64,000 nt of DNA from an uncultured Chloroflexia bacterium (GCA_963763775.1 CAVXPZ010000003.1:736001-800000); one strand, 5' to 3'. Positions 1 to 11,714 are shown, numbered from the stretch's first letter. Numbers and translations: made by a program. The notes: generated from the sequence alone by a model not told the origin.

Positions 1-334
1 TCGTCTCGAGCCGCAGGCCCCCGTCAGCGTCCGCATGTCCGCGCTCCGCGAGCGCGACCCCGCTCGCGATCGTGGCGTGACCGCAGAACGGCACCTCGGC
101 GAGCGGGCTGAAGTAGCGGACGCGATGGCCGCCCGGCCGGCCGGTCCCGTCGGGGACGAGGAACGCCGTCTCGGAGTACCCGACCTCGGCCGCGATGCGC
201 TGCATCGCCGCGTCGGCCGGGAACGACGGGCCGATCCAGACGCCGGCGGGGTTGCCGCCCGCGGGGTCGGTCGTGAAGGCCGCGAGACGCAGGAGCGTCC
301 CGGCGGCCTCCGGATCCTCGTGGCGATCGGGCAT
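1..334 (-). CDS. PhzF family isomerase (5' part; runs off window start)
   Basis: Manual translation from ATG 334 gives AAFTTDPAGGNPAGV, GYSETAF and RYFSPLAEVPFCGHAT, the PhzF/DAP-epimerase-like motifs. TATCCT -10 box 6 nt upstream. Confidence 0.9.
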   Translation of the reverse strand, partial: MPDRHEDPEAAGTLLRLAAFTTDPAGGNPAGVWIGPSFPADAAMQRIAAEVGYSETAFLVPDGTGRPGGHRVRYFSPLAEVPFCGHATIASGVALAERGHADADGGLRLET

Positions 335-429
335 CCGCGAAGGATACGGTCCCGCGCCGATGCGCCGGCTCCATCACGCTGCGCGAGCGCGGTCGAACGG
401 CGACTGAGCCGGGTGCTACCGTCCCGTTC

Positions 430-1247
430 GTGGACCCCACGCGACCTGGCCGAACGAGAGCACGCGAACTGGTCGACACCCTCGCGATCTTCTGCGCGGA
501 CGTCGAGGGCGCCGTGCTCCGGCGGAGCGGACGGCGTGGCGCTCGTCGTCACCGGGCTCCCGCTGTACCTCTTCAACCAGGTCCTCGTCGAGGGCGACGA
601 CGCGACGGAGACCGCCATCGCCGACGCCGTGGACGTCACGCGGGGTCGCGGCGACCGGTTCATCGTCAACCTGCGCGTCGGCACCGACGACGGGTTCCTG
701 CCGCTGATGACGCGCCTTGGCCTCGTGCCGATCTCCGACGACCCGTGGCTGCCGGGCATGGCGTGGCATCCGCTGCCGGCCGGTGCCTGGCCGGCCTCGT
801 CGCCGGAGGGCCACGAGATCCGGCAGGTCCGGGATCACGCTGGTCTCGAGGACCATGTCATGACCGCGGTCGCCGGGTTCGACATGCCGGAGGCGTGGCT
901 GCGGGCCGTGATGCGCGAACGCCATGCTGGACCGACCCGAGAGTCGCGGTGTACGTGGGCTACGCGGACGGCCAGCCAGTCAGCACCGGGCTGGCTGCCG
1001 GACCGGGCGGACGATCGGCGTCTACAACATCGCGACGATCCCATCGGCCCGCGGTCGCGGCTACGGCGCGGCGATGACCGCGCGGGTGGCAGCGGACGGG
1101 GCGAGCGCCGGCTGCGACGTGGCCACGCTCCAGGCGAGCGAGATGGGCTACCCGATCTACGAGCGGTTCGGCTTCCGGACCGTCGTCGAGTACATGGGCT
1201 ATGCCGAGCCCCGCGATCCGGCACCGAAGGCCACCGACCCGGCCTGA
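430..1247 (+). CDS. GNAT family N-acetyltransferase (apparent frameshifts)
   Basis: Pieces in three frames: LYLFNQVLVE; VAVYVGYADGQPV; IGVYNIATIPSARGRGYGAAMT...LQASEMGYPIYERFGF (acetyl-CoA binding motif). Confidence 0.8.
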
Positions 1248-1286
1248 CCGCGTCGACCGACACGAAGATCCAGGAGAGCACCGAGC

Positions 1287-1502
1287 ATGACCACCCAGGA
1301 ACCGCTCATCTGCGAGGTCTGCGGCGAACCCATCGAGACCGGCGAGGCCGTCGTGCTGGGACAGGAGGCCGACGGCATCACACTGGTCGGGCTGCAGGAC
1401 GCGGCCGCCGACGGCCGGATCGCCATGTTCCACGAGGCCCACTGGCCGGACCGGATCGGCGACTGGACCGAGCGCGACCGGGGGCACGCGACCGCGCGCT
1501 AG
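1287..1502 (+). CDS. small hypothetical protein with CxxC and distal His residues
   Basis: 71-aa ORF with AGGAG RBS; ICEVCGEPI and MFHEAHW. Confidence 0.6.
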   Translation: MTTQEPLICEVCGEPIETGEAVVLGQEADGITLVGLQDAAADGRIAMFHEAHWPDRIGDWTERDRGHATAR

Positions 1503-1533
1503 GGCCCGGAGCGCGGCGGCGACAGCCCCGACG

Positions 1534-4186
1534 TCAGGCGCCCGGCGCGGGCATCTCCAGGACCTGCTCGATGATGTCGGGGATCGGGATCAGCTCGCCC
1601 TCGGCGAGCAGCTCGGCCGTGCGCGCGGGTCCGAGCCGTTCGGTGGCCATCCCCGCCGGGTCCGGGAGGTGCAGCACCTTGACCGGCGCGATCATGACGC
1701 CCTGGTCTCGCACGAGGCGGTAGACGGCCCCGGCGATCCGCGTCCCCGTCTCGGGGTCGCCGTCCGAGAGCTGGATGATCGCGGCCATCCCCAGGACGCG
1801 CGCCAGGCCCGACGCGCTGTCGATCTCGGCGAAGAACCGCAGGGCGTCCGTGGCGTGGCCCCACGACGCGGCGGGGTCGCCGACCCGCCAATCGATGGCG
1901 GACAGCAGCGTCGTGCTGTCGGCGATCTGGAAGAGCGAGCCAGTCCGCCGGAACACCTCGAGGTTCTCGAGCTCGAGCGTGCGGGCTCGCTCGTTCTCGC
2001 CGCCCAGGAAGACCGCGAGGACGAGGGCCTGTCGCGCGCGCACCGCGGCGTCCTCGCGATCGGCCGCGAGGTACAGGTCCAGCGCCCACTGCTCGTGCGC
2101 GCGCAACGCCTCGCCGTCCTCCTCGACCATCGAGAGGAAGCCGATGTCGTAGTGGGCGTCGGCGCGCAGGAGCGGATCGCCGGTCGACTCGGCGAGCTCG
2201 AGCCGCTCCTCGTACGCCCGGCGCGACCCGACGAAGTCGTTCATCCAGTAGGCGAGGCCTCCCTCGGCGGCGAGCGCCGAGATGCGCACCCGGATGTCGC
2301 CGTCCACCGAGTCGGCGAGGAGTTCGGCCAGCAACGCGCGCGCTTCCCGGAGCCGGCCGCGCTGCTGGAACCAGCGCCAGATCGCGCCCATGATCCGGAG
2401 CCCCGCATCGGGACGGCCGTTGGCGCGGGACCAGTCGATCGCGGCCCGGATGTTGCGGTCCTCGCGGTCGAGTCGGCGCATGCTCGCCTCGCCGGTCGGC
2501 CCGAGGATCGCCTCGCCGGCCGCGTCGGCGATCCCGACGCAGACGTCGAGGAACCGGCCCTCGGTCGCGATCCGCTCGGTGCTCCCGTCGAGCTGCTCGA
2601 GCGCGAACTCGCGAAGGAGCGGATGGATGCTGAACCGGGTCTCGTCGCCGGCCGCCGATGCGTCGTCGTCGCCGGGCTCGATGCGCACCAGGCTCTTGTC
2701 GGCGAGGGACTCGAGACCCGTGGCCAGGTCGATCCCGAGATCCCCGTCCGCGTCGGCGACCGTCCACGCCGCATCCGCCGTCCAGCCGCTGGCGAACACG
2801 GCGAGACGCATGAACAACCGACGCTCGTCGATCGGGAGCAGGTCGTAGCTCCAGGCGATGGCGCCGCGCAGCGTGCGCTGCCGCTCGGGGACGTCGCGAG
2901 CCCCGCCGCCGAGGTCCAGGCTGCGCCCGAGTCGCTCCAGGATCAGGCCCGGGCTGAGCACGCGGATCCGGGCGGCCGCCAGCTCGAGGGCGAGCGGGAG
3001 TCCGTCGAGGCGCACGCAGATCGCCCGGATCGCTTCGAGGACATCGCCGGTGATCGCGAGATCCGGCCGGTGCGAGCGGGCGCGGTCGACGAACAGCTCG
3101 ACGCCGGCCTCGATGCCCAGGGGCGGGACCGGGTGGCCTCGCTCGCCGGAGATCCGGAGCAGCTCCCGGCTCGTGACGAGGACGCGCAGCCCGGGCGCCG
3201 CGCGGACGAGCCGGGCGACGACCTCGGCCCCGTCCGGGAGGAGCTGCTCGAGGTTGTCGAGGAGCAGCAGGGCCGTCCGGTCTCGCAGGTGACCCAGGAG
3301 GGCCTCCTCCACCGTCCGGTCCGGTGACTCGCGGACGTCCAGCGTCGTCGCGATCGCCGATTCGAGGAGCGCCGGGTCCCGGACCGCGGCCAGATCCACG
3401 AACCACACCCCGTGCGGGAATCCGCTTCGCGCGGTCCGACCGACCGCGAGCGCGAGACGCGTCTTCCCGCTCCCGCCGGGGCCGGTGAGTGTGACGATCC
3501 GGCTCTCGCGAAGGTCGTCGCGAACCGCATCGATGTCGTCCTCCCGGCCGACGAACGTCGTGACATCGCCCGGGAGGTTCGAGGGGATCTCGGTCGTCCG
3601 CAGCGAGCGAGCGTCGTCTGCCGCGCCGGGCACCATCAATCGATAGAGGGACGCCGGGTCGTCGAAGTCCTTCACGGTCCGCGGGCCCTCGTCCACGAGG
3701 TCCACGTCGCCGAGGCCGGTCAGGCGCGTCAGGTCCCGTGGGAGCGCGCCGACCAGCGCGTCGGAGAGGACGATCTGGCCGCCGTTGGCCGCCGCGGCGA
3801 TGCGGGCCGCGTAGTTCACGTCGATCCCGACATAGTCGTCGCGCTCGCCGGGCTCGCTCGTCGCCCGCAATCGGCCTTCGCCAAGGTGCAGCCCCATGCG
3901 GACACGCAGCGCGACGCCGTCGTCCCACGGCTCGTCGGCGATGGCGCGCTGCGCCGCGACGGCCGCGACGACGGCCGGATGCCGGCGCATCGAAGGCCGC
4001 GAAGAACGCGTCGCCCTCCGTCTTGACGACGACGCCGCCCGCGGTCTCGATCGCCGTCCGAAGGAGCCGGTCGTGGCGTTCGACCAGCGGCGCCCAGGCT
4101 GCGGACCCGACGGCTCGCTCGAGCCGCGTCGACCCTTCGATGTCGGTGAAGAGGAAGACCACGGCGGGACCGGTCGGGATGGTCAT
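1534..4186 (-). CDS. adenylate/guanylate cyclase + STAND (NB-ARC-like) ATPase + TPR-like protein (frameshift near 3985)
   Basis: Cyclase motifs FLFTDIEGST, KTEGD and DYVGIDVNYAAR; Walker A GPGGSGKT; Walker B LLLLDNLEQ; GLPLALELAAAR; helical C-terminus. Confidence 0.9.
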
Positions 4187-4263
4187 GGCAGTCTGCCGAT
4201 CATGTTCGTCTCGTCGACCACGTGCACGTCATCAAGGGGCGCCGCTGGCCCGGATCGCTGCGG

Positions 4264-4680
4264 TCAGATCGCGCTGGCGTCCTCGAGCGCCCGAAGGCGC
4301 TGGCCCACCGCTTCGAGGATCGCGGCCCGGATCTCGGGCGACGCGTCCAGCAGCTCGTGGAACATCTGATAGGTCATCGACAGCAGCCGGCACGGCGTCT
4401 CCGTCGTCGCGGTCGCCGTCCGCGGGCCGCCGTCGAGCAGGGCGATCTCGCCGAGGAAGTCGCCCGGCCCGAGCGTGTTGATCGTCTTGCCCTCGCGCTC
4501 GATCCGGACGGTCCCGGACTCGATGACGAAGAAGAACCCCTCCCGATAGCCCTCGCGGGTCAGGATCGTCCCGGCGCGCACGTCCATCTCGTCGGCGATC
4601 GCGCCGAGCTCCTCGAGGCCCGCGGCGGACACACCCGCGAACAGCGGGACCCGCTCCAGGAGCTCCGGCTTCGGCGCCAT
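4264..4680 (-). CDS. cyclic nucleotide-binding domain protein
   Basis: LLERVPLF...GPGDFLGEIALLDGGPRTATA phosphate-binding cassette; TATCCT-N6-ATG start. Confidence 0.9.
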   Translation of the reverse strand: MAPKPELLERVPLFAGVSAAGLEELGAIADEMDVRAGTILTREGYREGFFFVIESGTVRIEREGKTINTLGPGDFLGEIALLDGGPRTATATTETPCRLLSMTYQMFHELLDASPEIRAAILEAVGQRLRALEDASAI

Positions 4681-4703
4681 GCCCGGAGGATACCGTGCCG
4701 GCA

Positions 4704-5733
4704 TCAGGATCCGGGGTCGACTCCGGCGAGGCTCGGTCCTTCGGCAGATGCGGCGTCGCCGATCGTGATCACCAGCTTTCCGATCGGCCGGCCGGCCTGG
4801 AGGTCGCGGAGCGCATCGGGCACCTGCGCGAGCGGGTAGCGTCGGTCGATCGCCGGCCGGATCGCGCCGGTCTCCAGGAGCCTCGAGATGGCCGCGATGT
4901 CCGTCGGGGCGAACGGCTTCCAGCCCCACAGCATGCCGAGCTTCCGGCTCCCGGCGAGCGACAGGAGGGGACCGAGGAGCAGGGCCTCGAAGATGGCGCC
5001 GGTCGTGCCACCGGCCATGACGTATCGGCCGCCGGGCTTCAGGACGCGACGTGGCGCAAGGAAGGACCGTCGGGCCGAGATGTCGAGGATGTAGTCGTAT
5101 CGGACGTCCATCCGCGTGTAGTCGTCACGCGTGTAATCGATGACATGGTCGGCGCCGAGCGAGTGGACGAAGTCCATCTTCCGGGTGCTACACGCGCCGG
5201 TGACGGTGGCCCCGAGATGCTTCGCGAGCTGGACAGCGAACGGTCCCACGTTGCCCGACGCCCCGTTGACGAGGACGCTGTCGCCCGGCCCGACGCCGCG
5301 GCCCTGTCGCAGCCCCTGATACGCGATGATCGACGACTCGGGGAGCGTGGCCGCGTCCTCGAACGACGACCCGGCGGGCATCGGCTCCCACGCCCGCTCG
5401 AGCCGTGCAGGCGTACTCGGCGAACGCGCCGTACCCGTACATCGTGAGGTTGGCGAAGACTCGGTCACCCTGGCGGAAGCGCGTGGCGCCCGGGCCGACG
5501 GCATCGACGATCCCCGCGGCGTCCAGGCCGAGGCGCGGCGACTTCGGCCGCCGCAGGCCCGAGCCCAGCTTGGTGATGAACGGCTTGCCCGTGAGGTAAT
5601 CGAGGTCCGCGCGGTTCACGGACGCGGCCTGGATCCGGACGAGCAGCTCGCCCTCACCGGGGACGGGCGTCGGCACCTCGCGCAGCTGGAGGACGTCGGG
5701 TGGTCCGTAGCGGGTGCGGAGGAGGGCTTTCAC
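4704..5733 (-). CDS. NAD(P)-dependent MDR-family oxidoreductase (frameshift near 5400)
   Basis: YGPPDVLQLREVPTP, GLDAAG, GAFAEY, then VLVNGASGNVG, LGADHVIDY and IDRRYPL in a second frame. Confidence 0.88.
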
Positions 5734-5886
5734 CAACCGACGCTACCACGTCGCCGAGCGGTTCCGGCCCCGGCCCGGAAGGGTTGGCTGGGGGTTCCGC
5801 TGCGGCTCCCCCCACGGGCCGAAGCGTGCGATCTCAGGATAGCGACCCCGCGACGTGCCGGACGCGACCCTGACTAGACTGCCGTC

Positions 5887-6123
5887 GTGCGGATCCTGAC
5901 CCGCCTCACCGATCTCCTCACCGGCCGCGGACGATCCCGAGCGCCGCTGCCGAGCCGGCACGAGCGCCGTGAAGCGGCGCGCCGGCGACATCAGGAGACC
6001 GGCGAGCCGATGTGGACCGCGGACGACCGCCACCTCGGTCCCGACGGCGAGCATGTCGTCGCGGACGTCACGCCGGGGACGCCCGGCCACTTCGGGTCGG
6101 TCCGGACGATCAAGGACGACTGA
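5887..6123 (+). CDS. hypothetical protein (78 aa)
   Basis: ORF with TAGACT-N6-GTG start; fills the gap between two minus-strand genes. Confidence 0.55.
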   Translation: MRILTRLTDLLTGRGRSRAPLPSRHERREAARRRHQETGEPMWTADDRHLGPDGEHVVADVTPGTPGHFGSVRTIKDD

Positions 6124-6135
6124 GCCGGCCGGCGA

Positions 6136-6432
6136 TCAGGCCTTCGGCGCCGCGCCCACGACGATGTCGTGCGTCTCTGGGTGGCGCTCCACATACGCCC
6201 TCACGTATGGGCAGGTCGCGATCACCCGCAGGCCCCGCCGACGTGCGTCGTCGAGCGCGAACACCGTGAGACGCGAGGCGACGCCCTGCCCCTGGTGGTC
6301 CGGGAGCACCTCGGTGTGCACGAGCGCGATCCGATCACGTTTCACGACATAGTCGAGGAAGCCCGCGAGTGCGCCGTCGTCGCGTGCCTCGTATCGCAGG
6401 GCGGCCTCGGCGTCGGTGATCGTCACTTCCAC
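6136..6432 (-). CDS. small GNAT acetyltransferase (YjdJ-like)
   Basis: HTEVLPDHQGQGVASRL...VIATCPYV motif; TACCAT-N7-GTG start. Confidence 0.88.
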   Translation of the reverse strand: MEVTITDAEAALRYEARDDGALAGFLDYVVKRDRIALVHTEVLPDHQGQGVASRLTVFALDDARRRGLRVIATCPYVRAYVERHPETHDIVVGAAPKA

Positions 6433-6523
6433 GCCCGCGATGGTACGCGGCGGGACGGCCGACGATGGCGATGGTGCGCCGGTTCGTCGACCACCCGAGC
6501 GGCCAGCTGAGGTGGGAGACTTC

Positions 6524-8279
6524 GTGCCGATGGCCATCGACACGCCGAGCGCCTCGTCCTCGTCGCGCTTCACACGGTTCGTCCCGATCCTCGAGTGGTC
6601 GCGCCGCTACGACCGTCGCTGGCTTCGCGGTGACGTGATCGCCGGTGTCGCTGTCGCCGCGATGATCGTGCCCAAGAACCTCGGCTACGCCGGTATCGCC
6701 GGGATCCCGGTGGAGAACGGCCTCTACGCCGCCGCAGCAGCCGCGATCATCTACGCCCTGTTCTGTACCTCGCGGCACATCTCGACCGGCCCGAGCTCGT
6801 CGCTGGCGGCCGTCGCCGGCGGCGCGGTCCTGGTGACCGGCTCGACCGGCAGCGACGCGGCCCAGCTCGTTGCCGCGATCGCCATCGCGACCGGCGCGCT
6901 TGTTCCTCCTCGTCGCGGTCCTGAAGCTCGGGTGGCTGGCCAGTTTCCTCTCGCGAGCCGTCGTCACGGGATTCCTCGCCGGCGCCGCCATCGACGTGGT
7001 CATCGGCGAGCTGCCCAAGATGACCGGCACGTCCTCCGACGGCGTGAATGCGTGGCAGGAGTTCGCCTCGTGGGTTCGCGGCCTCGGCGAGGTGAGCACG
7101 ACGACGCTCGCGGTGGGGCTTGTCGCGCTGGCCGTCATCCTGGGCCTGCGCTTCGCCGTCCCCAGGATCCCCGGCGCGCTCGTCCTGGTGGTCGGCGGCC
7201 TGATCGCGTCGATCGTGCTCGATCTGGGTGCGCACGGCGTGGCCCTGGTAGGGACCGTGCCACGCGGGCTGCCGGTGCCGCAGGTGCCATCGCTCGACCT
7301 GGTTTCGCAGAACCTTCCGGCCATCGTCGTCGCGTCGTTCGCGCTCCTGCTGATCGGGTTCTCCCAGACGGCGGGTGACGCGCAGGCGTTCGCGACGCGG
7401 CATCGATATCGCGTCGACTTGAACCAGGAGTCGATCGCGCAGGGGATGGCCAACCTCGGTGCCGGTGTCTTCCAGGGCATGCCGGTCTCGACCAGTCTCT
7501 CGGCGAGCTCGTTGAACGAGTCGGCTGGGGCGCGGACCCCGGTCGCCTCGCTCGCCACCGGGGCGATCGTGCTGGCTACCCTCGTGCTGCTCGCGCCGCT
7601 CTTCTCCGAGCTGCCCAAGCCGGTCCTCGCCGCGATCATCATCGATGCGGTCGTCTTCGGGATGATCGACATCGCCGAGTTCCGGCGGCTCCGCCGGGTG
7701 AAGCGATTCGACTTCTGGATCGCGGTCGCGGCGCTGCTCGGCGTGCTGTCGGTCGGCGTCCTGCTCGGCGTGGTCGTCGGGATCGTGCTGTCGCTGCTGT
7801 GGCTCATCCATGTCGCGACCCGGCCGTCGATGCCGATCCTGGGTCGGGAACACGGCACGCAGGTCTACCGCGGTCTCGACGAGCATCCTGACGACGAGAC
7901 CGACCCCGGTGTGGCCGTGGTCCGCATCGATGGCGGCCTGTTCTTCGCGACGGCGGGGGCCCTGGACGAGAGAGTCCGCGCGATCCTCGAGAGCCAGCCT
8001 GGTCTGCGGTCGCTCGTGCTCGACCTCGAGGGCGTGAACTTCGTCGACTCGCAGGGGGCGGCCAAGGTCCACGACCTCCACGAGCTCGCGGAGGCCAACG
8101 GGATCGAGCTGCGCCTGGCTCGTCTCAAGCCGGGTGTCGCCGAGGTCCTCTCGGCCGACGGCGTCCTCGACGAGGTCGGCCGGGACAAGATCCATGGCAA
8201 CGTCCACCGGGCCGTCGAGGCGGCACAGGCGGCGAATGCCCGGGGGGCGGTAGACCTTCCGGAACCGCCGGGGCGCTAG
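6524..8279 (+). CDS. SulP family anion transporter with STAS domain (frameshift near 6900)
   Basis: WLRGDVIAGVAVAAMIVP, GLY and STGPSS motifs; NQESIAQGMAN; C-terminal STAS LVLDLEGVNFVDSQG. Confidence 0.92.
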
Positions 8280-8331
8280 CGGCGGGCGGCGGCGATCCTC
8301 GTGCGTGCCGGCCCGGACGGGCCGACGAAGA

Positions 8332-9336
8332 TCAACCCTGTTCCCCGCGGTGGCGCGTCGCAGCGAGCGCTTCCAGGTCGGCCGTGTCCAGGCCGTCGGC
8401 CGGAACGTCGGCGACCCGTGCGGCCGTCGTGGCTCGCAGTGTTGCCGTCCGGAGGCCGCCCTCGAGCGCGGCCCGCTCGCCGACCACCGCGCCGGGTCCG
8501 ATCTCGGCGACCGGCTCGCCGTCCACCTCCACGACGAAGATGCCGTCGAGGATCAGGAACACATCAGTCCCGGGCGCCCCCTGCTCGAGCAGCGTGGTGC
8601 CGGCCGGGATCGTGCGGATCCTCGGCTTCTGCCCGCCACGCATGATGCTCGCCGACAGTTGGCGCTCGAGGCTCGACTCGACGCTGGCGACGACGGCCGG
8701 CGAGTCCGAGGTGCCCCATGGCGTGCGATCGCCGAATGAGTCGTTGAACCACGTCGTGAAGTCCACCACGCCCGACTTCTCGACCAGCCGGCCGTCGTTG
8801 TCGTAGATCCAGTGGCGTGGGAACGGGCTGGCGCCAGCCAGTTCGTGGCGCGACGAGCCGTCGACATCGAGCGTCAGTGCGAGCGTCGTCCAGGCGATCG
8901 ATGGCCAGAACTGCACGAACGGCTTGTGGCGAACCGGCCGTGGCGTCGGCAGACCCATCCGCCCGCCCACCGTCTGGACGAACCGCACCGACGTCGCGGT
9001 CACGACCGGATCCGGACGGAGGTCGGGCAGGTGGACCGCCGGAAAACGGATGGCGGCCGGACCGACACGCACCGTGGTCGCGCCGATGTGCCCCTGGCCG
9101 AGATGGCCGTGCCCGACGATCCGTCCGTCCTCGACCTCGATGAACGCCCGGAGCTCGTTCGCTTCCCGGAAACGATCGGTTCGGCGCAGCTCCTCGAGGT
9201 CTTCCAGCTGGTCGGGGGGCGGCGCGTCGTAGTGGGTGACACCCATCTCGAACGGCACCTTCGAGAGGCCGGCGATCGCCTCCGAGGGGATCCAGGAGAT
9301 GGCTGTGACGGACGATTCGACTCGTGTGCGTGCCAC
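8332..9336 (-). CDS. protein with uncharacterised N-terminal domain and C-terminal cNMP-binding domain
   Basis: 334-aa ORF; C-terminal LLEQGAPGTDVFLILDG...GPGAVVGERAALEGGLRTATL. Confidence 0.85.
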   Translation of the reverse strand: MARTRVESSVTAISWIPSEAIAGLSKVPFEMGVTHYDAPPPDQLEDLEELRRTDRFREANELRAFIEVEDGRIVGHGHLGQGHIGATTVRVGPAAIRFPAVHLPDLRPDPVVTATSVRFVQTVGGRMGLPTPRPVRHKPFVQFWPSIAWTTLALTLDVDGSSRHELAGASPFPRHWIYDNDGRLVEKSGVVDFTTWFNDSFGDRTPWGTSDSPAVVASVESSLERQLSASIMRGGQKPRIRTIPAGTTLLEQGAPGTDVFLILDGIFVVEVDGEPVAEIGPGAVVGERAALEGGLRTATLRATTAARVADVPADGLDTADLEALAATRHRGEQG

Positions 9337-9430
9337 GGGACGGTCACCTCACATGGCGGCGGGGACGCCGCCTTCGGTTGCTGCCGGAGGGATCGATGAT
9401 GGCTGATGGATCCGGTGTACGTCCAGAACG

Positions 9431-10351
9431 TCAGGCGGATCCGGGCATCGGGACCGAGGCCGCAACCGGTGATTGACGCAAGATCCCGAAGAGGGCCACC
9501 AGGACGATGGCCGCGCCGACCCATTGGCGAGGATCGAGTCGCTCGCCGAGGATCAGCGCGCCTGCGGCGACCCCGACGACCGGGATGAGGTAGAAGGACA
9601 CCGCGGCGAACGATGCGGGGACGTGTCGTAGAGCGCCCAGGTAGAACCAGTAGGCGCCGGCGTAGTACAGGACGCCCGAGCCGATGGCGCTGGCCAGCCC
9701 GAGTGGCGTCAGTGCCGTCGGGACGATCGCAGCTCCGGCGAGGCCGACGACCACGACGAGCAGGATGGCGAGGACGAGCGCGTGGGCTTGCTGGGCGAGG
9801 ATGACCTGCGTCGTCTCCTTCGCGTCGGGGATCCAGCGACGGGCGACCACGGAGTAGACGGCACAGCAGACGATCCCGGCGAGCGTCAGGGCGACACCGA
9901 TCAGCTGACCGCTGCTCGACGACGGGTCATAGACGATGACGACCATGCCGGCGACCGCGACCATCGACAGGACGATGAATGCCGGCGTCATCCGCTCGCG
10001 CAGGAACCAGGCGGCGAGGAACAGGATCATCAGCGGCTCGAGGGCCCAGAGCAGGACGTACAAGCTGGCGCTGATCATGGTCAACCCGATCAGTCCCAGC
10101 GCGTAGGCAAGACCGGGGTTGAGGAGTCCGAGCCGGCCAAGCAGCGGCGAGCCCTCTGTTCGAAAGGAGATCCCCTGGCGACGCATCAGGATCGCCAGGA
10201 TCGCCAGGCTGGCGGCGAGCTGGATCGGCAGCAGGGTGAACGGCGAGATCTCGTCGAGGGCGGCCTTGCTGATGACCGTGCCAACCCCCCAGCAGGTGGC
10301 GGCGAGGATCAGCGCGGCGAGATCACGCGGGGCGACGGATGCCGTGGCCAA
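9431..10351 (-). CDS. EamA/DMT family transporter
   Basis: About 10 hydrophobic segments with two EamA repeats (FLRER...; LILGERL). Confidence 0.9.
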   Translation of the reverse strand: MATASVAPRDLAALILAATCWGVGTVISKAALDEISPFTLLPIQLAASLAILAILMRRQGISFRTEGSPLLGRLGLLNPGLAYALGLIGLTMISASLYVLLWALEPLMILFLAAWFLRERMTPAFIVLSMVAVAGMVVIVYDPSSSSGQLIGVALTLAGIVCCAVYSVVARRWIPDAKETTQVILAQQAHALVLAILLVVVVGLAGAAIVPTALTPLGLASAIGSGVLYYAGAYWFYLGALRHVPASFAAVSFYLIPVVGVAAGALILGERLDPRQWVGAAIVLVALFGILRQSPVAASVPMPGSA

Positions 10352-10359
10352 GACGCGGT

Positions 10360-11175
10360 TCAGCAGCAGCCAGATCCGCCGCAGCAGCCGCCGACCTCGG
10401 CGACCGGGAGCATCTCGCGAGGCGCCGCGAGGTCGATCAACGGACGGGCGTCCGCGGGCTTGGTCGCCTTGATGATGGCGCTGATCATCCCTTCGACGAC
10501 CGTGTGCGACGGCGTGATCGAGATGTCAGTCAGGCCGACGGCCTCGAGCCCCCCGCGGAACTCCGAGATCGACAGCGCGCCCGCGATGCAGCCGGCGAAG
10601 GAGCCGCGCTCGGCACGCTCGTCCGGGCTGAGCGAGTCCTCGGCGACGATGTCGCTGATGCCGATCCGCCCGCCCGGTCGAAGGACCCGGGCGATCTCCG
10701 CGAAGACGGCGCGCTTGTCGGCGGCGAGATTGACCACGCAGTTGCTGATCACGACGTCGATGGATTCGGCGGGCAGGGGGATGGCTTCGATGTGGCCCTT
10801 CAGGAACTCGACATTGGTCGCGCCTGCCTCCGCGGCATTGTGCTGGGCAAGGGCGAGCATCTCGTCGGTCATATCGACGCCGAACGCCCGCCCGGTGGGG
10901 CCGACGCGCTTGGCCGACAGGAGCACATCGATGCCGCCGCCGGAGCCGAGGTCGAGGACGCGCTCGCCTGGGTGCAGGTCCGCGACCGCGGTCGGGTTGC
11001 CGCAGCCCAGCGAGGCCAGCACGGCAGCGTCGGGCAACTCGTCGCGCTCGAGCGCCGAGTAGAGGTTGGCGCCGATGGTCTCGGGGTCACTGCAACAGGA
11101 CGTGCCCTGGGAGGCGCGGACCGCGGCGTCGGCGTAGTGCTGGCGCACGGTCTCGTGGATGGTCTCGGTGGTCAT
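10360..11175 (-). CDS. arsM: arsenite S-adenosylmethyltransferase
   Basis: SCC...ASLGCGNP, VLDLGSGGGID, VISNCVVNL, AGCIAGA and a C-terminal CCGGSGCC; divergent from arsR. Confidence 0.93.
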   Translation of the reverse strand: MTTETIHETVRQHYADAAVRASQGTSCCSDPETIGANLYSALERDELPDAAVLASLGCGNPTAVADLHPGERVLDLGSGGGIDVLLSAKRVGPTGRAFGVDMTDEMLALAQHNAAEAGATNVEFLKGHIEAIPLPAESIDVVISNCVVNLAADKRAVFAEIARVLRPGGRIGISDIVAEDSLSPDERAERGSFAGCIAGALSISEFRGGLEAVGLTDISITPSHTVVEGMISAIIKATKPADARPLIDLAAPREMLPVAEVGGCCGGSGCC

Positions 11176-11212
11176 GGCTGGATCGCTCCTGCTTCCGTCG
11201 CGGTTCGTGTGG

Positions 11213-11252
11213 TGTATTGATACTTGACGATATAGACATCTGTCAATACAGT
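11213..11252. promoter_or_regulatory. ArsR operator and divergent promoter
   Basis: AT-rich TGTATTGA-N22-TCAATACA inverted repeat with inner dyad TATAGAC-N4-GTCAATA. TTGACG (11224)-N17-TACAGT (11247) lies 6 nt before GTG 11259. Confidence 0.75.
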
Positions 11253-11258
11253 GGCCGG

Positions 11259-11592
11259 GTGAAACGTCAGACCGACCCGGACGTGCGGCTCCTCCAGGCC
11301 GCGGCCGATCCGACCCGACTCGCGATCCTGCGGCAGCTCTCCGACGTCGCCGAAGTGTGTGCGTGCGACTTCACCGCGTGCTGCGACGTGAGCCAGCCGA
11401 CGGTCTCGCATCACCTCAAGGTCCTCCGGGACGCGGGCTGGATCGAGGGCGAGCGGCGCGGCACCTGGGTCTGGTACTCCATGCGACCAGCGGCGGTGGC
11501 GCGGTTCCGCGAACTCGCTGGCGGGTTCGGCCCGGTCCTCGCCCCAGCCGATCACCTCGCGCCGGCTGCCGGTCCTCGAGGCTCGCGCCTAG
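11259..11592 (+). CDS. arsR: ArsR/SmtB family metalloregulator (probable frameshift near 3' end)
   Basis: ADPTRLAIL...EVCACDFTACCDVSQPTVSHHLKVLRDAG. An alternate frame ends RLPVLEARA-TAG at 11592. Confidence 0.88.
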
Positions 11593-11714
11593 GACGTCAC
11601 GGCCGAGACGACGGGTCGTTGGCCCGATCACCGATCTCAACGGTGGCTGACTACGATGGCGCGAGGCAGGACGTCGCCAAGCGTTCCGGCCGACGTCAGG
11701 ACGGGAGCACACGG

